A stretch of 32,000 nt of DNA from NCBI GenBank assembly GCA_001761425.1, contig CP012986.1, positions 540,001 to 572,000 of the forward strand. Reading direction: 5' to 3'. Positions 8,760 to 15,090 of this stretch are shown one piece after another. Each line of letters begins with the position of its first letter. Within the stretch, counting starts at the first letter, position 1. The position numbers and the translations under genes were made by a program. Source of the stretch: Candidatus Saccharimonadota bacterium. GTDB taxonomy: Archaea > Nanohalarchaeota > Nanosalinia > Nanosalinales > Nanosalinaceae. Under the pieces are notes generated by a model. It saw only the letters and a list, made by a program, of their open reading frames with translations. It did not search any database and was not told the origin of the DNA.

Positions 8760-9449
8760 AGTCCTGAAAACTCTGATTGGGTAGATGAAATTGTTGAGGC
8801 GGAAAGAGGCCTGGAGCCGGATGAGTTGACAGATTCGGGGAGAGACAAGTTTTTGAACCGATATGATGATCTTGAGAGCCTCTGGAGAGATGTTTCTCCG
8901 GAACACTCTGGAAATCACGAGGACTCTTCTTTCAGGATACCTGTTGAAAAAGAAGATCCTCTGAACTGTCTGGGAAGGGCCTTGATGGTCAGTATGTACG
9001 ACGAATTATCGGAGGGAGAATCAGAGTCTCACATATCAATCTACTTTGACGACAAGTGGTCAGAAGATGGTACATCAACCATGAAAAGGCCTCATGTCAC
9101 AGGGACTGTGAATGGAACCGAATATGGTAAGCCTGGGAAGAAAAAGGATACAGATCTTCCGATGAGTTCCCTTGAAGATCTCTACAAGGTAGGCCTTGCG
9201 GTTCAGGTATTCAACGAAGGAACCGAGATCGATGATCTGGATTACGAACAGCTGCATGAATGGGGAGAAGAGATCGAAAACACTCATTCCGAAGATCCAG
9301 GCAATCACGAGTTCGAGGAATCATACTCTGGAGAGTCAGAGAACCTGGACTCAGAATATCTTAGAAGACAAGGCCTTCTCATGCAACAGGACGCGGAAGA
9401 AGCACGCATAGAAGACAGCATCGGCGGAGACGACGTCTACATAGCCTGA
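8757..9449 (+). CDS. acidic hypothetical protein
   Basis: 230 aa ORF preceded by the conserved promoter-like element. No recognisable domain. Confidence 0.6.
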   Translation: MSPENSDWVDEIVEAERGLEPDELTDSGRDKFLNRYDDLESLWRDVSPEHSGNHEDSSFRIPVEKEDPLNCLGRALMVSMYDELSEGESESHISIYFDDKWSEDGTSTMKRPHVTGTVNGTEYGKPGKKKDTDLPMSSLEDLYKVGLAVQVFNEGTEIDDLDYEQLHEWGEEIENTHSEDPGNHEFEESYSGESENLDSEYLRRQGLLMQQDAEEARIEDSIGGDDVYIA

Positions 9450-9496
9450 AATTTTTCAAACAATCTGAGGAAAAGGATTTCTACAGACTTCAGCTT

Positions 9497-9538
9497 ACCA
9501 CAACATTTATAAGTTGCTATGAGTAAGTAACAAATATG
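9497..9538 (+). promoter_or_regulatory. conserved 42-nt upstream element, copy 2
   Basis: ACCACAACATTTATAAGTTGCTATGAGTAAGTAACAAATATG has the same layout as copy 1, with TTTATAA centred about 27 nt upstream of the ATG at 9536. Confidence 0.6.
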
Positions 9539-10045
9539 TCAACTAACAATGGAGCAAGCGGTAATGGAGTAGATGTTATTGGAGAGGTTTCTGAACCTAG
9601 TTATTCGCCTGAAGATTTTGATAGTATGGAAGGTTATCTTTCGAATCAGTTTGATTCTGAGGCCTACAGGGCTGAGGACCTTCTGGATGATTCTGTAGAG
9701 TCAGCGAAAGAAGGTGTTGAGAAAGGAGATACCTTGATGGTAGTTGAAGCAGAAGCAGGTAGACAGGCGTATGTAATTGATGGACCTGTCCAGACTCCGC
9801 AGGTAGGAGATACTGACGAAGTACTGGATTATGGAATCTTTGGAACTGGTGAGGCCTCTGCAACAGCTCAGCAGTATGATTCAGTAGTTGCTGATAGTGT
9901 CAGTGCGATGCACGGGACGAACTTTGCCTCCATGAACGGTGACTTCCAGAGAAGAGATGAGTCAACAGATGTCTCTCTGGAGTTCGGAGACGAAAGAGAT
10001 GAGAGAGTGCAGAGAGCTATCGATAACTTCGAGCCGATCCAGTAA
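9536..10045 (+). CDS. acidic hypothetical protein
   Basis: 169 aa ORF preceded by the conserved promoter-like element. No recognisable domain. Confidence 0.6.
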   Translation: MSTNNGASGNGVDVIGEVSEPSYSPEDFDSMEGYLSNQFDSEAYRAEDLLDDSVESAKEGVEKGDTLMVVEAEAGRQAYVIDGPVQTPQVGDTDEVLDYGIFGTGEASATAQQYDSVVADSVSAMHGTNFASMNGDFQRRDESTDVSLEFGDERDERVQRAIDNFEPIQ

Positions 10046-10066
10046 AAAGGCCTCTCCATCTTTTCT

Positions 10067-12073
10067 TTATTTTATCCTGCTTCCTATCTCTATTTCCTCA
10101 TCTGTCTCAAGGAGTGAAACTGTTTCCCCATCCTCTGTTTCTGCTGCGAGCATCATGCACTCTGATTTTTCTCCTCTCAGCTCCGTTGGCTCAAGGTTTG
10201 CAAGGACTACCACGCTTTTGCCTTCAAGCTCTTCTTTCTCGTAGAAGTTTTTGAGGCCTGCGCAGGTCTGTAGAACTGCTTCTCCTACGTTCACCTTTAC
10301 TTTGTAGAGCTTGTCGGCGTCTGGATGTTCCTCTACTTCTTCGACTTCTCCGGTCCTGATATCCATGTCCTGGAAGTCCTCAAAGCTGACAGTTTCCTCG
10401 TTCAGGTCATGATCTTCTTTATCACCAGAGGCCTCTATCTTCTCGAATAAGATCTCTCTTTTTCCTAGTTCGTGGCCAGGCTCCAGGCCTCCGAGAAGAG
10501 GATCTACAAGAGCATCTACTCCTTCAGAGGTGTGGATGTCTGCGTTCAGCATGTCTTCGATCTTTTCCGTTGTCTCTGGAGTGAATGGGTATAGTGTGGC
10601 TCCAAGTGCACGGATGATCTGAATTGAGACATGGATAGTTTCCTCTCTCCTGTCCTCGTTGTTCCAGGGTTCTTCCTCAGAGAGGTACCGGTCTCCTATC
10701 CTGGCTAGCTCTATAGCATGGCTGAGACCTTCCTTCAGATCATGGTTCTCAAAGGCCTCTACGTAGTTGTCGATTGTTTCCTCCGCCTCTTCCAGTATCT
10801 GTTCATCTGCTTCTGTCAGTTCTCCGACAGGTACCTCGTTTTCGAACCACTGCTCGGCTAGAGACAGAGTACGGTTGATGAAGTTCCCGATTGTATCGTT
10901 GAGGACGTTGTTGATCTCGGCTTCGAAATCGTCCCAGGAGAATTTTGTATCGTGATCTTCTGGGATGTTCCTTGCCAGGTAGAACCTCCAGTAATCGGCA
11001 GGATACTTATCCAGAGCATCGCTCGTGGAGAGGCCTGTACCACGACTCTTCGAGAACTGTGTGTCCTCCGCAAGTAAATACTGCTGGATGAACTCGTAAC
11101 GTGGCATCTCGTATTCTATCTCATCTGTAGAGGCTCCTTTCAACATGCTTGGCCAGATAACTGTGTGGAAAATCGTGTTGTCCTTTCCTATAGAGTAGTA
11201 GAGATCTGAGTCAGTCCAGTAATTCTTCCATTCTTCCTCTTTATCTTTTTGGGCGAAGAATTCTCTTGTGAAGCCTATGTAGCCGATAGGAGCATCGAAC
11301 CAGACGTAAAGAACTTTGTCTTCGTACCTCTCTGTGTCTATTTTCTCAACTTCAAGTTCCTCGTCTTCTATCCTCTCGTTAACTCTATCTGCTGGAATCT
11401 TGAAGCCCCAATCGATATCCCTGGTGATACAGCGTTCCTCAGTTTCGTCTATAGCATTTTCGACCTCTTTAATGATTGAATCCGGAACAGGCTGGCTTTC
11501 AGCCTCCTCCAGCCACTTCTTTAGATCTTCTTTAAATTGCGGAAGATCCAGGTAAAGATGGGTAGTATCCCTGAACTCTATGTCATTGCCACCACAGATC
11601 TGGCATTCTGGTTCGATGATTTCTTCAGGCTCCACAAGTTTACCGCATTCATCGCACTGGTCTCCCCGGGCAAGGCCTCCACAGTGAGGACACTCTCCCT
11701 CAATGTAGCGATCAGGTAAAAACCTCTCGTCGTTGTTGCAATAAGGAAGGTTCTGCTCCTTCTCGTTTACGTAACCGTTTACGTAAAGCTCCTCGAACAT
11801 GTCATGGGTCTGTCTCCTGTTATAATCTGAGTCCGTGTTACCCCAGAAACTGAAATCCATTTCCATCCTGTCCAGAACATCTTTTACTTTCTCATCCTGC
11901 TGCTCAGCAAGTTCCTCGACGGGCATATCCTGCTCCAAGGCCTCTAACTCCAGAGGAGTTCCGTGAACATCGCTCCCACAGATAAAGATATTGTCAACAC
12001 CTTTCAGGTCAAGATACCTGTGATAGATATCAGCAGGCAGAAGGCTTCCTACAATGTTTCCCAAGTGCGGCAC
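10067..12073 (-). CDS. metG: methionine--tRNA ligase (MetRS) with C-terminal Trbp111/EMAPII-like tRNA-binding domain; true start probably upstream of 12073
   Basis: 668 aa. HIGH-region variant (VPHLGN), Zn knuckles CPHCGG...CDECG and CQICGG, KMSKS-equivalent FSKSRG, and a C-terminal DIRTGEV...HPDADKLYKVKV...GEKSECMMLA tRNA-binding domain. The frame stays open to 12133 and encodes the conserved VTVTSALPYIHG strand upstream of the annotated GTG. Confidence 0.92.
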   Translation of the reverse strand: MPHLGNIVGSLLPADIYHRYLDLKGVDNIFICGSDVHGTPLELEALEQDMPVEELAEQQDEKVKDVLDRMEMDFSFWGNTDSDYNRRQTHDMFEELYVNGYVNEKEQNLPYCNNDERFLPDRYIEGECPHCGGLARGDQCDECGKLVEPEEIIEPECQICGGNDIEFRDTTHLYLDLPQFKEDLKKWLEEAESQPVPDSIIKEVENAIDETEERCITRDIDWGFKIPADRVNERIEDEELEVEKIDTERYEDKVLYVWFDAPIGYIGFTREFFAQKDKEEEWKNYWTDSDLYYSIGKDNTIFHTVIWPSMLKGASTDEIEYEMPRYEFIQQYLLAEDTQFSKSRGTGLSTSDALDKYPADYWRFYLARNIPEDHDTKFSWDDFEAEINNVLNDTIGNFINRTLSLAEQWFENEVPVGELTEADEQILEEAEETIDNYVEAFENHDLKEGLSHAIELARIGDRYLSEEEPWNNEDRREETIHVSIQIIRALGATLYPFTPETTEKIEDMLNADIHTSEGVDALVDPLLGGLEPGHELGKREILFEKIEASGDKEDHDLNEETVSFEDFQDMDIRTGEVEEVEEHPDADKLYKVKVNVGEAVLQTCAGLKNFYEKEELEGKSVVVLANLEPTELRGEKSECMMLAAETEDGETVSLLETDEEIEIGSRIK

Positions 12074-12184
12074 TCCGTGAATATACGGCAGTGCAGAAGT
12101 AACAGTAACCCGTCGATCGTCGTTAATTTTAATTCACCTACAAAAGAAAAAGTGCTGGAAATTTTAAACCGTTAACCCGCAGGC

Positions 12185-12955
12185 CTAGAGAACTCTCCGC
12201 CTCAGCTTTGCCAGACTGGATAACGCAAAGTCAGGCCTCTGGATCTCATCCGCATTCTTCAGCTTCTGCTCTGAGATCTCCCCGGTCAAAACCGCAGCTG
12301 TCTTAAGGCCTAACCTGTTACCGGTCTCGATATCCGCAAGTCTGTCACCGATGAAAAGCCCGTTTCCGGGGTAATACGAGAAGTAATCCTTGAAAGCCCT
12401 CCTGAAATAATCGGAAGGCTTACCGGTCAACTCGCCTTCACTGAAAACCTCCAAGGCCCTGTTAGCCGGAAGCTGGTGAGGCCTGTCTCCACTGCTCCTC
12501 CTGAACGTTTTTTCAGTACTGCAGAAATACATGTTTCCGCCGTCTTCAACTATGTTCTGCGCTCTCCTCAACTTGTTGTAGTTAAACTGGCGATCAAGGC
12601 CTACAACAACGTTTTCCGCGCCCTCAGAGAAATCTATATCCTCTTCTTCCAGTTCGTTTATCAGGCCCTCCTCACCTACAACATAGGCCTTGTTGACGTC
12701 TCTTTCCGCAAGTAGCTGTGCTGTTACATACCCGGATGTCAGTATCTCTTCTTCTGAGGCCTCTATGTCTATTCCACGCAGTTTTTCAGCGTATTTTTTC
12801 CTTGTTAGTAAGGTGTTATCTGTGTGGAAACGCACTTTTTTCCCTGATTCTCTGAGGCTCATTATCAGATCCTCTGCCCCGATTACGGTATCGTCCCAGC
12901 GGGTAAGTGTTTTTTCGATGTCAAAGAAGAAGGTACGGATTTCGTCAAACTCCAT
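12185..12955 (-). CDS. HAD-superfamily hydrolase, subfamily IIA (NagD/PGP-like)
   Basis: 256 aa. Motif I-like FFFDIEKTLT, motif II (FHTDNT), Lys motif (GKP), and motif IV LFIGDRLADIETG. Cap size is consistent with HAD-IIA. Confidence 0.75.
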   Translation of the reverse strand: MEFDEIRTFFFDIEKTLTRWDDTVIGAEDLIMSLRESGKKVRFHTDNTLLTRKKYAEKLRGIDIEASEEEILTSGYVTAQLLAERDVNKAYVVGEEGLINELEEEDIDFSEGAENVVVGLDRQFNYNKLRRAQNIVEDGGNMYFCSTEKTFRRSSGDRPHQLPANRALEVFSEGELTGKPSDYFRRAFKDYFSYYPGNGLFIGDRLADIETGNRLGLKTAAVLTGEISEQKLKNADEIQRPDFALSSLAKLRRRVL

Positions 12956-13057
12956 ATGTTATTTTTGCGCTCAAATTTTATTATGGATGGCGGTCCAGAG
13001 ATTCTTTCAACAAATATCTGGTAAATCTTTATTTGTACAGGTCTCGAATTCCATTCT

Positions 13058-15037
13058 ATGATTATAGGGGACTACTATATCAATAACTTCCTCGTTCTGG
13101 CAATAGTCCTTCTCCTGTTCGGAGGCCTTGGCCTCCTGATAGTCCCCGGTGATGCAGGAACTGGTCAGACCGATCAGAACCAGTCGAGCGGTAACTACGA
13201 GCTACTGGTGAGCGGACAGGGCCTTCAGGCCGGTTCTTTCCAGGATGTGACACTGGTAGATGATACAGGTGATCCTGTCTCGGGAATATCAGTGCTGCTC
13301 AACGGCCAGGAGGTAGGCACAACTGGAGATGACGGCTCAGTGACATTTGAAGTTCCGAACCAATCGACTGTTACTGTTTCTGCCTCCAGCTCCCAAGTAG
13401 ACTTTGAAAAAAACTTTCAGGTAGAAAGCTCCGGTAACTCGGGAGAAAACGGAGATGGCTCAGGGAACAATGACAGCGACGGAGACTCTCAAGAGGACGG
13501 AGGCGACGGAGACAATGATAACAGCACTGACGACTCCTCAGACGGAAACAACACAGATAACCCAGACAATTCTATAGAAGCAGATATAAACCGCCTGAGC
13601 CCTGAAAACCAGCAGCTTAACTCTGCATCATTTGAGGCCTCATACGAACTCCAGGCAGAAAACGCTTCCTACAAACTAAGCCTTGCGGAGCAGAAAAAGG
13701 CCTCAGGAAACCTCGACGGAGAAAAAACTGTTAACGAACAGGTATCGATGCCTTTCAACGGTACAGCAGGCCTTGAGATGGAGATAGTACGAGAAGGAGA
13801 AGTTCTCGCCTCGGAAAACCTCATAGTAAATTATACTGCAGAAGGTTCGGATGATGGTTCGAACGACAGTTCAGGTGGGGAGGATCCTGCCGGGGTTACC
13901 GCAGACCTCTCAGTTCCTTCATCGGTGCATGTAGGGGATGCCCTGGAGGCCGATGCATCTGGATCGACTGGAGATATCATAAACTACACATGGAACTTTG
14001 GAGAAGGTACTGAAGAGACCAGGGAGGCCTCGACGATAGAACACACCTACAGCAGTGAAGGAACCTACGAGTTCGTGGTAACTGTAAACGGAGAAAACAG
14101 TACAGAGGACAACGCCTTGGAAACGATAGAGGTCCGGAGCCTCCAGGAACCTCTCATCAACTTCCAGAGTCCTACAAAGGGCTATGTGACAGATCAAAGT
14201 TCTATTGATTACGAATTTGTTGTAGAGAATGCTTCAAGCGACGCAGAATATACTGTATTGATAGATCAGTCAGCTACTGTTTCTGGAAATCTTGAAGAGG
14301 GAAGTAGTACAGTACAGCGAGATGTAGAAGTTCCTGCTACAGTTTTCAATACTTCTGTTCAGGTGAGTCAAGGGGAGGAAACATATACTTCTGAGAGAAG
14401 GAGGGTAGATGCTCGTGACTCTGAACCACAGCCTAAATATTCTCTTGTATCACCTGAAGAGGGACAGTCTCTGGAGACAGTGGATTCTCAGATGGATGTA
14501 GAATTGAAATATGAGATCACCGATAGAAATTGGGCTAGCTCCGCTAATTTGACTCTGGAGAATGAAAGTTCTGTAATCTTCCAGAATCCTGTTAGTGTTG
14601 CATCAGGAAATCATACAGAGAAAGTGTCTGGTTTAACCTCTGGAGAATACTCTTATTCTCTAGAAATAGAGGGAGATGGTAATTCAGATAAGAAGAGTTC
14701 CTCATTTGAAATACGGGAGATAGAACCATATTATAATATTGCTGAATGGAATGAAACCGTACTGGATAACGGATATGAGGTAAGGTTCAACCTTTCATAT
14801 AACGTTAGCGATTCTTCCTTGCTTGAAGCTAATATCTATAACTCCAGTGGAACCGAAGTAAGGTCATATTCCAGATTTGTTGACGACGTTGGAAGTCTGA
14901 ACTTTACAAAAAGCTTCATGGAACCAAAGAACTATTACTGGTACCTCAACATAACTAGCGGAGAAGAAACAGTCTTATCTACAAAACCAAATGAAAGAGA
15001 GTTTGAAACAGTGGAGTCAAACCCTAATGACAATTAG
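13058..15037 (+). CDS. membrane-anchored/secreted acidic cell-surface protein with PKD domain and Ig-like modules
   Basis: 659 aa. Features:
- N-terminal hydrophobic segment FLVLAIVLLLFGGLGLLIV.
- CarboxypepD_reg-like segment (VTLVDDTGDPVSGISVLLNGQEVGTTGDDGSVTFEV).
- D/S/G/N low-complexity linker (nt ~13427-13573).
- PKD signature (INYTWNFGEGTEE...HTYSSEGTYEFVVTV, nt ~13895-14140).
- Many N-x-S/T sequons. Confidence 0.8.
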   Translation: MIIGDYYINNFLVLAIVLLLFGGLGLLIVPGDAGTGQTDQNQSSGNYELLVSGQGLQAGSFQDVTLVDDTGDPVSGISVLLNGQEVGTTGDDGSVTFEVPNQSTVTVSASSSQVDFEKNFQVESSGNSGENGDGSGNNDSDGDSQEDGGDGDNDNSTDDSSDGNNTDNPDNSIEADINRLSPENQQLNSASFEASYELQAENASYKLSLAEQKKASGNLDGEKTVNEQVSMPFNGTAGLEMEIVREGEVLASENLIVNYTAEGSDDGSNDSSGGEDPAGVTADLSVPSSVHVGDALEADASGSTGDIINYTWNFGEGTEETREASTIEHTYSSEGTYEFVVTVNGENSTEDNALETIEVRSLQEPLINFQSPTKGYVTDQSSIDYEFVVENASSDAEYTVLIDQSATVSGNLEEGSSTVQRDVEVPATVFNTSVQVSQGEETYTSERRRVDARDSEPQPKYSLVSPEEGQSLETVDSQMDVELKYEITDRNWASSANLTLENESSVIFQNPVSVASGNHTEKVSGLTSGEYSYSLEIEGDGNSDKKSSSFEIREIEPYYNIAEWNETVLDNGYEVRFNLSYNVSDSSLLEANIYNSSGTEVRSYSRFVDDVGSLNFTKSFMEPKNYYWYLNITSGEETVLSTKPNEREFETVESNPNDN

Positions 15038-15041
15038 ATAC

Positions 15042-15088
15042 AGAAGCTTGGTCGCCAGCAAGCTTCTAAAGAAATGCGAGGGTTTTTT
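15042..15088 (+). terminator. hairpin plus T-run between the two surface-protein genes
   Basis: Perfect 9-bp inverted repeat AGAAGCTTG (15042-15050) / CAAGCTTCT (15059-15067) with an 8-nt loop, followed by TTTTTT at 15083-15088. It could be a terminator or attenuator. The next gene's GTG is at 15091. Confidence 0.35.
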
Positions 15089-15090
15089 CT

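Noticed and set aside
7395-10045. Small-ORF cluster as a prophage, provirus or integrated plasmid.
   Set aside because: There is no integrase, capsid, terminase or replication gene, no flanking direct repeats or tRNA target, and native AGGCCT density. It is kept only as a lineage-specific ORFan cluster.
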